A stretch of DNA of 64,000 nucleotides, from positions 352,001 to 416,000 of the forward strand of contig CAVRVY010000004.1 in assembly GCA_963724765.1 (NCBI GenBank), read 5' to 3'. The translations under genes and the position numbers were made by a program. Origin of the DNA: an uncultured delta proteobacterium (lineage in GTDB: Bacteria > Desulfobacterota > Binatia > Binatales > Binataceae). Below are positions 43,277-53,108 of this stretch, in pieces. How positions within the stretch are numbered: the stretch's first letter is position 1; every line of letters starts with the position of its first letter. Under the pieces are notes generated by a model that saw nothing but the letters and a program-made list of their open reading frames with translations, had not been told where the DNA came from and did no database searches.

Positions 43277-45082
43277 TCAGGCGCTGCGTTGTCCTCTCAG
43301 CGCGACGCGCCATTTCACTGTGGCCTCGCGATCGACGGTGAGCGATTCGTCCTCGGCCCGTCCCTTCAGGATAACGCCGTAGACCTGCCGGGCCTTCTCC
43401 AGCGAAACCCATCCTTCAAGCACATCCGTGCGCACCATCTCGGGATCGCGATCGAGCGGACTGCCGTAGCCGCCGCCGCCGGTGTCCACGCCGACGATAT
43501 TCTCGCCCGGATTTATCTGCTCAGCCGAGACCGACGGCAGTTCGTGCTCGCCGCCTTCGCGGTCAAGCTTGGCCGCATACGAGGCCTGCCCCGGATGACC
43601 GCCGAGCACGCCTTTGGGCGGATTGTGATGGCCGTCCAGCGGATAAACCACCGTCATCGTGTTCTGCCTGGGGCCGTATACTACGCGCGCGCCGGGAGCG
43701 CCGCGAAAGCGGCCCGCGCCACCCGAGTCGGTCAGCAGCCGTGCAGTTTTGTAGATGATCGGATATTTTTGCTCGTCGATTTCGACACTGTCGCGGTACA
43801 TCAGGCCGCCCACCACCGGCAGGCCGTAGTTGATCCATCCGTCGTTGTGGGGCGTACCCGGGCCGCCGTTGGCGCCCATGAAAAGCTGATTCACGTAAGG
43901 CGCGCCGCTGCGGCGAAAATCGCCGCCCGAGATCACTCCGTAACCCGGGCCCATCCCGAGACCGCCCTCGGCAAGGCCGTAGCCTTCGCCGAGCTGGGCG
44001 AAGGCCGCCTGCGTGATATTGACCAGGCGGTCGCCGATGTTGGTGGTCGCGACCGAGCACGAGGTCGGAAAGCGCGGGATTCCGACCACGCAGTTCTCGC
44101 GCAGATGCACCGTGATGCGGCGGAAGCTGCCGGCGTTGTGCGGCACGCCGGGATCGATCGAATTGAAGATGCCGGTCACCACGTTGTTGATCGCGCAGGT
44201 CTTCGATTCGTTCAAGCCGCAGGGAACGCAGTCAATATTGTCACGCAGATCGATCTCGACCCGCCCGTCAGCGGCGTCGATTTTCACCTGGACTTTCAGC
44301 GGCACCCCTTCAGGCACGGCGGGAAACGGATCGTGCGCGCCCGTGCCGGTGAACTCGGCCGAAGGAAGTTGCTTCAACGCATGGATCATCCGGCGCTCCG
44401 AGTAATCGAACCATTCGCGGATAAAGTCGCGAATCAGCGGGCGGCCGAACTTGGCGGCTAGCTCCTTGAGCCGGCGCTCGCCGATTCGCGCCGCACCGAG
44501 CATCGCCAGGTAGTCGCCGTACCATTGGTCGGGCACACGGATACGCCGCCGGCACATCCGGATGATGTCCTCGATGTCGCGAAAGTTGCGCTGGACTCTG
44601 ACGCACGGAAAATTCAGCGCTCCTTCCTCGTAGACATCGCCTGCAAACGGCATGTAGGTCGTCGGCAGGCTGTTGCCACAATCCGCCTGATGGGCCTTGG
44701 CGCAGCAGGTGAACAGATGTTCGCCCTCGACGATGACCGGCACCAGGATGGTATGGTCGGCGCTGTGCGTATTGCCGAGGTAGACGTCGTTGTGCAGAAA
44801 CGCGTCGCCCTCGGCGAGGTCGAGATGGAGATTGCACATCGCCTCGCTCAGGAACTGCGAGCCGAAGACATGGACCGGCAAGCCCTCGGCGGCGGCGAGC
44901 AACTGGTTGTCGCCGGTGACCAGCGAGCAGGAAAAGTCGCGCGCCATGTTGAGCACCGCCGAGCGGCCCGAGCGCAATAGCGTGTTGGTCATCTCGCGAC
45001 AGACACTATCGAGGCGGTTGGCGATTACCGCGAGCAGCGCCGCGTCGAGTCCCGCGCCATCGGTTCGCGTACTGGCACTCAT
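43277..45082 (-). CDS. Hydantoinase B / 5-oxoprolinase subunit
   Basis: ARDFSC, NDVYLGNTHSAD, AHQADCG, DSGGAGRFRG, TGGGGYGSP. Confidence 0.93.
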   Translation of the reverse strand: MSASTRTDGAGLDAALLAVIANRLDSVCREMTNTLLRSGRSAVLNMARDFSCSLVTGDNQLLAAAEGLPVHVFGSQFLSEAMCNLHLDLAEGDAFLHNDVYLGNTHSADHTILVPVIVEGEHLFTCCAKAHQADCGNSLPTTYMPFAGDVYEEGALNFPCVRVQRNFRDIEDIIRMCRRRIRVPDQWYGDYLAMLGAARIGERRLKELAAKFGRPLIRDFIREWFDYSERRMIHALKQLPSAEFTGTGAHDPFPAVPEGVPLKVQVKIDAADGRVEIDLRDNIDCVPCGLNESKTCAINNVVTGIFNSIDPGVPHNAGSFRRITVHLRENCVVGIPRFPTSCSVATTNIGDRLVNITQAAFAQLGEGYGLAEGGLGMGPGYGVISGGDFRRSGAPYVNQLFMGANGGPGTPHNDGWINYGLPVVGGLMYRDSVEIDEQKYPIIYKTARLLTDSGGAGRFRGAPGARVVYGPRQNTMTVVYPLDGHHNPPKGVLGGHPGQASYAAKLDREGGEHELPSVSAEQINPGENIVGVDTGGGGYGSPLDRDPEMVRTDVLEGWVSLEKARQVYGVILKGRAEDESLTVDREATVKWRVALRGQRSA

Positions 45083-45123
45083 GGTGATGTCTAGGCCTCC
45101 CTCTTTCGCCTCGTCGCGGCCGC

Positions 45124-47205
45124 TCAGGTGGCAGCGACCTCGAGCAGGTAGTTGTGCAACTCGGTCACGCGTGCGCGGCTTGCGGGATAGACCACGATGG
45201 TGGTGGTCGGCTCGTCGATGATCGCGGGCCCCTCGACCACCATCCCGGGCGTCAGACTTTCTCCATGATAGCGCGGAGTCTCGAGCTCGCGATGGCCGGC
45301 GAAAAAGACTGCGCGCCGCGTCCGCGCGGACGGAAGCGCCACCTCACGCGCCGCCATTTTGGTCAGCGGAGGACCGTCGAGCAACGCGGTCAACCTGCCC
45401 CGCCAGTAAACGCATTCGACCTGCTGGCCAGGTTCCTTGACCGCGAAAACCCGTTCGTGCTCGCGATGGAAAGCCTCGATAGTCGCGTCGAGGTCGGCTT
45501 GGCCGTCGAATCCGCCTTTGGGCAGCGCGACGTCGAGCTCCCACACCTGGTACGGATAGCGCGCCTCGACGAAGTACTCGCGCTTAAAGCGCGTCAGCCC
45601 CCGCGCGCGCAGTTCGGCCTCCAGGCGATCCATCGACGCCGTGATTTCGCCCAGCACGCGGTTGACCGCTTCGTAGGGAAAGTCACCGGTGTAGGCGAAC
45701 CTGCTCTGCGTGAACTCGCTCACGATGTCGGAGTACTGGCCGCCGCAGGCGCTGAGCGCGCCGGCCGTGCGCGGCACCAATACGTAGCGGCATCCGAGTT
45801 CGCGCGCGATAGGCAGGATATTCAGGCCGGCGGCTCCGCCACCCGCGACCAGCAGGCTCTCGCGCGGATCGATACCCTGGTTGATGGTGATGTCCTTGAT
45901 CGCGCCCACCATGTGGTCGCCCGCAACTTCCATTATCGCGCGCGCCGCGTCCTTCACGTCCAGGTTAAGCCGCGCGGCGAGTTTCGCCACCGCGCCTGCG
46001 GCCGCGTCGGCGCTAAGGCGCATCCGTCCGCCCAGAAAATAATCCGGATCGAGATAGCCCAGCACCAGCGCCGCGTCGGTGACCGTCGGCTCAGTGCCGG
46101 CGAGGCCGTAGCAGGCTGGCCCCGGCTCGGCGCGTGCGCTCTGGGGGCCGACGCGCAGCAATCCGCCGGGATCGATCCAGGCGATCGAGCCGCCGCCGGC
46201 GCCGATGCTTCGCACGTCGACCGAGGCCATGCCGGTGATATGCCCGGTGAAAATCGGACCGAGCCAGGTTTCGCGCGTGAACGTGATCGTCCGGTCATGC
46301 ACCAGGCTTACGTCGAAACTGGTGCCGCCGGCGTCGCATACGATGAGGTCGCGCGGGCCGACTTCAGCCTCGCCATAGGTGCGCCCGGCCACCGGCGCCA
46401 TCGCGGGCCCCGACTTGACCAGATAGATGGGGCGCTGGACGACGTCGCCGGCGTGCATCACGCCGCCGAACGAGGTGGCGACCAGCAGTTGTCCGCCGAA
46501 GCCGGCGCGGCGAAGGTCATCCTCCATGTCGCGCAGATGCCGCTGCATCAGGGGTTTCAGCGAAGCGTCGATCGCCGCCGACGAGGCGCGCCGATACTCG
46601 CGGATGATCGGGTTCAGACGTGAGGACAGCGTGTACGGAATACCCGGCAATTCGGTCTCGATGAGGCGGCCGAGCGCCGCCTCGTGCGCAGGATTCGCCG
46701 GCGACCACAGCAGGCAAACCGCGATCGCCTCGACCCGGCGCTCGGCGACCCGCCGGAGCGTGTTGCGCGCCTGTTCCTCGTCGAGCGGCACGACAACGCT
46801 GCCCTCGGAGTCGATCCGTTCGCGAATCTCGAAGGTCATTCGCCGCGGCACGTACGCCTGTACTGGGGGATATGACAGGTTGAACGGATCGAGCTTGCCG
46901 CCTTCGCGCAGCACCAGGATGTCCGGAAAGCCCTCGGTGACCAGGAACGCGGTGCGTGCGGTGTTGCGCTCGATGATCGCGTTGGTCGCGTGGGTGGTGC
47001 CGTAGATCAGCAGGTCGGTGTTGCGCAGTATGTCAGCGACACTCGCGCCGGCTTGCTCGGCCGCCATCTTGAGCGCCCCTTCGATACCGCCAAAGATGCG
47101 GTCGTAGGTCGTGAGCGATTTGCCGAGCACGAGGGCGCCGTGCTCGTCGGCCAGTACGAGGTCGGTAAAGGTTCCGCCCGTGTCGATCGCTATGCGATAG
47201 GCCAC
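45124..47205 (-). CDS. Hydantoinase A / 5-oxoprolinase ATP-binding subunit
   Basis: DTGGTFTD, GTTHATNA, SGPA, DAGGTSFDV, GAGGGSIA, PGPACY, PTVTDA. Confidence 0.94.
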   Translation of the reverse strand: MAYRIAIDTGGTFTDLVLADEHGALVLGKSLTTYDRIFGGIEGALKMAAEQAGASVADILRNTDLLIYGTTHATNAIIERNTARTAFLVTEGFPDILVLREGGKLDPFNLSYPPVQAYVPRRMTFEIRERIDSEGSVVVPLDEEQARNTLRRVAERRVEAIAVCLLWSPANPAHEAALGRLIETELPGIPYTLSSRLNPIIREYRRASSAAIDASLKPLMQRHLRDMEDDLRRAGFGGQLLVATSFGGVMHAGDVVQRPIYLVKSGPAMAPVAGRTYGEAEVGPRDLIVCDAGGTSFDVSLVHDRTITFTRETWLGPIFTGHITGMASVDVRSIGAGGGSIAWIDPGGLLRVGPQSARAEPGPACYGLAGTEPTVTDAALVLGYLDPDYFLGGRMRLSADAAAGAVAKLAARLNLDVKDAARAIMEVAGDHMVGAIKDITINQGIDPRESLLVAGGGAAGLNILPIARELGCRYVLVPRTAGALSACGGQYSDIVSEFTQSRFAYTGDFPYEAVNRVLGEITASMDRLEAELRARGLTRFKREYFVEARYPYQVWELDVALPKGGFDGQADLDATIEAFHREHERVFAVKEPGQQVECVYWRGRLTALLDGPPLTKMAAREVALPSARTRRAVFFAGHRELETPRYHGESLTPGMVVEGPAIIDEPTTTIVVYPASRARVTELHNYLLEVAAT

Positions 47206-47466
47206 CTGCGCCGGTCCTCCCTATCCGCTCGATTTCCCCATTTGTCGCGCGCTCTCATTTAGAGCAGAAGCTGGCGCGCCGAACCAGATTCATCCGTGTC
47301 GCTTGAGTAGCAGCCCTGCGAGCAAATGAAAACCGAAACCGCGGTCGCATCAGCCGTTGCGCGAAGTCCCGCTGCGGGGCAACCCGCGGAGTCACCCGAG
47401 TTACCAATTACGGGCGGCCCCGAAGAAAGAATTTTTCGCGGACGGTTCTTTGACGCGCATTTATCC

Positions 47467-47496
47467 TTGACAGTCTGAAATCAGCCGATCTAGCTT
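47467..47496 (+). promoter_or_regulatory. Putative sigma70 promoter for the lactonase gene
   Basis: TTGACA-N18-TAGCTT about 100 bp upstream of ATG 47600. Confidence 0.45.
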
Positions 47497-47599
47497 GGCC
47501 TGTTCTGTTCTTCCGCCGCGTTTCGGCGGCTCGGAGATACGCGAATCGGGCGCCGCACGGCTGCGAAACACAATCTACCAAGGACTGGGGAGGCGATAC

Positions 47600-48379
47600 A
47601 TGGCTGAAGGCAAGGCAAAAAAAATGTGGGCGCTGCCCGGAGCAATACTCACCGCTCCGCAGTCGCTCCTGATGCACGGTGGCGACGCCACGATGATGCT
47701 CGATCTCCCGTGTCCTTCATTCCTGATCGAGCATCCCAAGGGCCTGGTGCTGTTCGATACCGGATGCAATCCCAAGGTCATCGATGACGCGGTCGGATAC
47801 TGGGGCGACGTGGCGGCCCATCTGCCGATCAAATGGAGCAAGGCGGACACGCTCGACAAGCAAATCGAGGGCGTCGGCTACAAGCCCTCTGACGTGAAGT
47901 ACGTGATCCTGTCGCACTCGCACCTCGACCATTCGGGCGGCCTGATCTACTTCCCCAAGGCCACGTTCCTGGTCGGAAGCAGAGAACTGCAGTACGCCTA
48001 CTGGCCCGACCCGGACCGGCGATGGGCATTCATCCTCAACGATTTCCTGCCGACTCGTGGCTACAAATGGCTGGAACTGGATTGCGACCTCGACCTGTTC
48101 GGCGACGGCGCGCTGCAATTTCTGCTGACGCCCGGCCATACGCCCGGTGAATGCTCGCTGCTGGTGAACCTGCCCAATCGCAAGTTCCTGCTCACCGGGG
48201 ATACGGTACATCTGCGCGCCGCGGTCAACCAGGAAGCGACGATGGGAATCGACGTCGATCCGTTCAAGTCGATACACTCGCTGCGGCGCATCAAGGCGAT
48301 CCGCGACATGCAGGGCGCGACGATGTGGATCACGCACGACCCGGACGACTGGAAGGAATATCCGCACAAGGTCGAGTAG
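47600..48379 (+). CDS. N-acyl-homoserine-lactonase-family metallo-beta-lactamase-fold hydrolase
   Basis: LFDTG, SHSHLDHSGG, DLFGDG, TPGHTPG, TGD, ITHD. Confidence 0.9.
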   Translation: MAEGKAKKMWALPGAILTAPQSLLMHGGDATMMLDLPCPSFLIEHPKGLVLFDTGCNPKVIDDAVGYWGDVAAHLPIKWSKADTLDKQIEGVGYKPSDVKYVILSHSHLDHSGGLIYFPKATFLVGSRELQYAYWPDPDRRWAFILNDFLPTRGYKWLELDCDLDLFGDGALQFLLTPGHTPGECSLLVNLPNRKFLLTGDTVHLRAAVNQEATMGIDVDPFKSIHSLRRIKAIRDMQGATMWITHDPDDWKEYPHKVE

Positions 48380-48404
48380 CGCGGCGAGTCGCGCGGAAGC
48401 TTCG

Positions 48405-48860
48405 ATGCCGCTTTACGAATGCCGTTGCGAGCGGTGCGAGCTCACCTTCGAGGTGCTCGCACCGCTCAGTTCATCGGGGCTCAGGTCGCGCCCCTGCCCC
48501 AACTGCAGCCGCGCGGCCCGGCGTATCATCTCGGCCGTGGCGTTCACGGTCGAGGGCGGCACGCGCGCGAACTCCACCACCGACGCGGCGCAGCTCAAGG
48601 TTCCGCCGCCCGCGCGGCTGTGCTGGATGGACGACCGCTCCGCCGCCCGCTATGCCGCCTACAAGCACGGGCGCGGCGCGGAGTATGACGACAAAACCAA
48701 CGCACGCGAAGAAGCGAAAAAAAAACGCGACGAGCCGCCGTCAAAACCGGACGCCGCCGCGCATGAGCACGCGCATTCGCACTCAGCACTCGCCACCGCG
48801 CGCAAGGCCAAAGCCGCTCAGGCCAAGGAAGCTACGAATCGTCCGCGTCCGCCCGTCTAA
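48405..48860 (+). CDS. FmdB-family zinc-ribbon protein with C-terminal extension
   Basis: MPLYECRCERC...CPNCS..RRIIS. Confidence 0.85.
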   Translation: MPLYECRCERCELTFEVLAPLSSSGLRSRPCPNCSRAARRIISAVAFTVEGGTRANSTTDAAQLKVPPPARLCWMDDRSAARYAAYKHGRGAEYDDKTNAREEAKKKRDEPPSKPDAAAHEHAHSHSALATARKAKAAQAKEATNRPRPPV

Positions 48861-48904
48861 GTCCCACCCGCCCACCGATACTGGCGCTGCCGCGGATACA
48901 GGCG

Positions 48905-49447
48905 TTACTGGCCGGCGCTCGAAGTGGCGTCCTGGCCGCCCTTGGTAAATGCGATCGCTACGCCGCTCATGTAATGGCCTTTGTGGCCGACTTCGCCCAC
49001 GGTCGGGTCGTGCATGCGTTGGGAAACGTTGGCCGCCGAATTCTTGACGTTGGAACCGACTTGGGAGTCGTAACCTTGCAGTTGTTCGCCCTCGTGCTGA
49101 CTTTTGTCGGAAGTGATGACGACGGCGTCGGCGCCAACCTCGCACGCCTTGCTTTTGAGCACCGGCAACAGGTCGATGTCCTTGGCCGATTCGTCACCCC
49201 ACGCGTCCACCAGCGCTAGCTGCTGAACATCGGCGGCAGGCATCGTCTGCAACACCTGCAACGAACAATTCGCCCCCTTGGCCGGACGCATGTAGGACGT
49301 CATCGGGCTGACCGTCGCCGAAGGCTCGGGAACCTCCCATTCGAAGCATCCGCTCACGCACAACGCCATCGCGGCGAGCGCGATGGCGAACGCGCCTGGC
49401 GCGCGACGCTGTGACAGTGCTACAGGCAACAGGCTACGCAACAACAT
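48905..49447 (-). CDS. Putative lipoprotein, YbjQ/RcsF-like fold
   Basis: Lipobox VSGC; LKSKACEVGADAVVI...MSGVAIAF. Confidence 0.65.
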   Translation of the reverse strand: MLLRSLLPVALSQRRAPGAFAIALAAMALCVSGCFEWEVPEPSATVSPMTSYMRPAKGANCSLQVLQTMPAADVQQLALVDAWGDESAKDIDLLPVLKSKACEVGADAVVITSDKSQHEGEQLQGYDSQVGSNVKNSAANVSQRMHDPTVGEVGHKGHYMSGVAIAFTKGGQDATSSAGQ

Positions 49448-49481
49448 CCTTTTCGTTATCCAGTCGTCTCGTTGTTTCGAA

Positions 49482-50006
49482 CTACGTCTGCGGCTTGGCC
49501 GGCGCTTCCTCGTCGGTCGGCGGTGGCCCTTTGAGCTTGAAAGTTCCCTGGTCAGCGATACCGCCGTTCATGTAGCAGGTATATTCGCCGTCCGCCTTGG
49601 GCGGATAGAAGTCATCCATAAAATACATGCACCAGCTCGTATCTTCCATCGAGACGCGAAAGCCGCGAGCGTTTATCTGGCCGGTGACCCAGCCATGCGG
49701 GGTATTGTTGCGGCAGTTGGCATTGAATGGCGCGCATAGATATTTACCCTTAAACTGATTGCCTTCGCGCGTGATGTTGAAGGTTATCTTCACCTTGGCC
49801 GCGTTCATCGAGCTGACCGAGGTGCCCTTCCATATCCCGTTGAAATCCATCAGCGGGTCAGGCGAGTCGGGCGCCGCAGCCGCGCCTGCGGAAGGGGCGG
49901 AGCCGGCGGAAACCGCAGTACCGGAGGGTCCACCTCCTCCGCTCGACGACGAACACGACCATCCGCAAAGCGCCAGGAGTAAAGCGAGTGTGACAATATG
50001 TCGCAT
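49482..50006 (-). CDS. Putative lipoprotein, Cys-rich beta domain
   Basis: Signal MRHIVTLALLLALCGWSC, Ser/Gly/Ala linker, FNGIWKG beta domain with four Cys. Confidence 0.65.
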   Translation of the reverse strand: MRHIVTLALLLALCGWSCSSSSGGGGPSGTAVSAGSAPSAGAAAAPDSPDPLMDFNGIWKGTSVSSMNAAKVKITFNITREGNQFKGKYLCAPFNANCRNNTPHGWVTGQINARGFRVSMEDTSWCMYFMDDFYPPKADGEYTCYMNGGIADQGTFKLKGPPPTDEEAPAKPQT

Positions 50007-50049
50007 AGATCTTGAACCTCTCTGGCGTTTCAGAGCGCCGCGAGCGCGT

Positions 50050-51096
50050 TCAGGATTTGCGCGCGCGCGGCAGCACTTCCTCACCCAGGCGCTGGATACA
50101 TTCGAGCACCTTTTCCGGCGCGGGGCCAAGCGGGACCCGGATGCGCAGGACGTACCAGTCGATTCCGCCCATTACGGTGTTCCAGCGATCGAGCGCTTCG
50201 AGCCAGTCATCCTTGGTGCCGATGATCGCGTGTCCCCGGCCACGAATCTTGTCCAGCGTGAAATCGCCCTCGGAGGCGAAATCCTCGGTCGGCGCGAGCA
50301 TTCCGTTCTTAAAGTAAAACTTGCATTCTTCCAGCCATAGCCGGCCGAACGTCTGCTCCGCCTCTTCCCGGCTCGATGCGAGCCATCCGTCGCGAAACAG
50401 CGCGATGCTGGGCTTGCGGCCGGCCTTGGCGGCCGCCTCGCGGTAAATCGAGACCTGAGCCTTGATGTTCTCGATCCGGTCGAAGAACGGCGCCGCCGAC
50501 CAGGCGTCGCTCAACCGCCCCGCCCGGGCGATCGACTTGGGTCCGAACGCACCGATCCAGATCGGCGGCCGCGGCCGCTGGTAAGGCTTGGGCGTGACGT
50601 GAATCGCGTCGAAGTTGAAGTACTTGCCGTGATGCGCGAACGGGCCGACGGTAGTCCACGCCTTATTGACAATTTCCATCGTTTCCTCGAAACGGCCCTC
50701 ACGCTGTTTGATCGGGACGCCGAAGTGCGCGAAATAATCTTTATGATAGCCGGCGCCGACGCCCAGGATCAGCCGCCCGCGCGAGAGCACGTCGATAAGC
50801 GCGGCCGACTGTGCCAGATGCACCGGGTTGTACAGCGCCGGCATCAGGATGTCGGTGCCGATACGCACGCGCTTGGTGCGTACGGCGATCGCCGCCAACA
50901 GCGGCAGCGGGCTTGGAAACATACATTCGGTGCGCGCGTGGCGCTCCGGCACAAAAACGCCGTCGAAGCCGCAACGCTCAGCCTGCTCGGCCTCGCTGAG
51001 TAGCTGGGCCGCAAAGTTTGCGGAGCGTTCGGGATCGGGCTCCGGCTGTCCGTAGGGTCCGCCATGGGTATCGGGCATGTATGCGAACGAAGCCAT
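50050..51096 (-). CDS. LLM-class flavin-dependent oxidoreductase
   Basis: GFDGVFVPERH, DVLSRGRLILGVGAGY, PKPYQRPRPPIWIG. Confidence 0.92.
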   Translation of the reverse strand: MASFAYMPDTHGGPYGQPEPDPERSANFAAQLLSEAEQAERCGFDGVFVPERHARTECMFPSPLPLLAAIAVRTKRVRIGTDILMPALYNPVHLAQSAALIDVLSRGRLILGVGAGYHKDYFAHFGVPIKQREGRFEETMEIVNKAWTTVGPFAHHGKYFNFDAIHVTPKPYQRPRPPIWIGAFGPKSIARAGRLSDAWSAAPFFDRIENIKAQVSIYREAAAKAGRKPSIALFRDGWLASSREEAEQTFGRLWLEECKFYFKNGMLAPTEDFASEGDFTLDKIRGRGHAIIGTKDDWLEALDRWNTVMGGIDWYVLRIRVPLGPAPEKVLECIQRLGEEVLPRARKS

Positions 51097-51287
51097 CAGA
51101 TTCTCCCGGGCGCGCGGCTCAATTGAGCGTCAAACGGTGAAAAGTGAAACGTTAAGCCCCCACCGCGTCGGCCACCCATGCCTTTTAGCTAAAGCACTGC
51201 TGAATTAAAATGCCCGCGTGAGGAGCCGGGTTCCCCGCGTCTCCTGCGCCGGCTCTAAATCCGCAAATGCTGAGAGGGATATCGCAG

Positions 51288-52514
51288 ATGGCGACCAACG
51301 GATTGCGTCACGTACTCGACGGCTACAAGGTGCTCGACTTCACCCAGGTGCTGGCCGGGCCGACGGTTACGCGCCTGATGGCTGAAATGGGCGCGGAGAT
51401 TATCAAGGTGGAACTCGCGCCCGCAGGTGACTTCTCGCGCGGCTTTCCCTACCTCCGCGACGGCCGCAGCGCCTATTACATCCAGCAAAACCGCGGCAAA
51501 AAAAGCCTCTGCGTCGACGCGAAAAAGCCCGAGGGCCACGCGATCTTAGCCGAGCTGGTCGGGAAAGTTGACGTGGTGGTGGAGAACTACGCGCCCGGCG
51601 TGATCAAACGGATGGGTTTCGACTACGATTCGGTGCGCGCGCTCAATCCGCGCGTCATCATGTGTTCGGTCTCGGCCTTCGGCCAGACCGGGCCGCTCTC
51701 CGCCGAGCCCGGCTACGATTACATCGCGCAGGCCTACGCGGCGGTGACCTACATGATCGGCGATCCGAACGGGCCGCCGTCAATCCCGATGCTGGGGCTG
51801 GGCGACGTTTCGACCGGTGCGCACGCGATGGGTGCGATTGTCGCCGCCCTGTTGCATCGCGAGCGCACCGGCGAGGGCCAGTACCTCGACATCTCGATCC
51901 TCGATTCCTACTTCCACTGCCAGGAAATGAACGTCCAGATTTACAGCGCGAGCAACGGCGCCACCAACCCCAAGCGCTCCGGCGTGCATCATCCGCAGAT
52001 TTGCCCGACCGGCGTGTTTCGCGCTCGGGAGGGCTACCTCATCATCATGGCCTTCCTGGACCATCAATGGGCCGCGCTATGCAAGACGATGGGCCGGCCC
52101 GAGCTTATCGACGACCCACGCTACAAGACCAACGCGCTGCGGCTGGAGCATCGCGACGAAGTCGTAAGCGCAATCGAAGCATGGCTTGCCGGCACCGCCA
52201 GCGACGCGGCTGCGATGGAGGCGCTCCGCAAGGTGCGGATTCCGGTCGCCCCCGTATTGTCGATCGACCAGGCCGTCAACCATCCCCATCTGCGCGCGCG
52301 CCAGACCGTGCGCAAAATCAGCGACCCGATTTTCGGCGAGTTCGACGCCCCGGGCTTTCCGCTGCGCTTTTCGGCCTTCCCCGGCTTCCTGCCGCTCACG
52401 GCGCCCACGCTCGGCCAGCACAACCGCGAGGTGCTCAAGAACTATCTCGGCTACAGCCCCGAGCGCATCGCCAGCCTCGAGCAAAGCGGCGTGCTGCAGA
52501 GCGGAAAATGCTGA
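51288..52514 (+). CDS. Class III (CaiB/BaiF) CoA-transferase
   Basis: LDFTQVLAGP, NRGKKS, VENYAPG, GYDYIAQA, LGDVSTG, APTLGQHN. Confidence 0.94.
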   Translation: MATNGLRHVLDGYKVLDFTQVLAGPTVTRLMAEMGAEIIKVELAPAGDFSRGFPYLRDGRSAYYIQQNRGKKSLCVDAKKPEGHAILAELVGKVDVVVENYAPGVIKRMGFDYDSVRALNPRVIMCSVSAFGQTGPLSAEPGYDYIAQAYAAVTYMIGDPNGPPSIPMLGLGDVSTGAHAMGAIVAALLHRERTGEGQYLDISILDSYFHCQEMNVQIYSASNGATNPKRSGVHHPQICPTGVFRAREGYLIIMAFLDHQWAALCKTMGRPELIDDPRYKTNALRLEHRDEVVSAIEAWLAGTASDAAAMEALRKVRIPVAPVLSIDQAVNHPHLRARQTVRKISDPIFGEFDAPGFPLRFSAFPGFLPLTAPTLGQHNREVLKNYLGYSPERIASLEQSGVLQSGKC

Positions 52515-52667
52515 ATCGCAACAGCCGGGCCGCGGCGCGTCTTTTGACAGGCCGCGCTGCGAAAGGCCCCGCGAAGAACCAGTGCGATAGCGGCGCGCCA
52601 AGGCTTCCGGCAAAGCGGGTTTCGCGCTACTAATCTGGGGCTCATATAACCATCAAGGAGACTCACA

Positions 52668-52988
52668 ATGCTTTTCATGCTGAAGACGTACATCGCCAAA
52701 CCGGCGAACCTGTCGAACAAGGAGTTCTACACCGTGTGGCGCCAGGAATCCGAGGCGGCACTGGGTGCGGTCAAAGGCGGTGCGATCAAGGGAATCTGGA
52801 AAGTCGCCGGAAAACCGGTAATCATCGCCATCCTCGACCTGCCCAGCGCCGACGACCTCGACCACGCGATACACGCGCTGCCAATCTGGAAGCTCGGCTA
52901 TTCGCAAATCGCTACCGATCTCGAAATCATCCCGCTGCGGCCGTACGAGAATTGGGCCGAGGATCTTAAAGAGCTGTCCAAGGGCTAA
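52668..52988 (+). CDS. Muconolactone delta-isomerase-like protein
   Basis: MLFML..., GIWKVAG, DDLDHAIHALP, EIIPL; AAGGAG RBS. Confidence 0.75.
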   Translation: MLFMLKTYIAKPANLSNKEFYTVWRQESEAALGAVKGGAIKGIWKVAGKPVIIAILDLPSADDLDHAIHALPIWKLGYSQIATDLEIIPLRPYENWAEDLKELSKG

Positions 52989-53108
52989 CTCGGATTCGGC
53001 GGGACTGCGCGCGCTAACGCATAACGCCGGTCCGGGCCGCGTCGAACAGGGCCGTCCCACCAAAGGGACGGCCGCAACCGCAGCCGCAGTCTCAATCAAG
53101 GAGCAATC

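Noticed and set aside
39262-47205. Alternative biotin pathway (aminotransferase as BioA, hydantoinase as a BioD substitute, beside bioB)
   Set aside because: The aminotransferase lacks BioA signatures (SWW, YHGDT) and looks omega-amine type; a PAS remnant separates bioB from the cluster. Revisit only if bioA/bioD are absent genome-wide and the linkage is conserved.
47600-48379. Beta-lactam resistance gene
   Set aside because: MBL fold, but with the AHL-lactonase-type pattern and no signal peptide.
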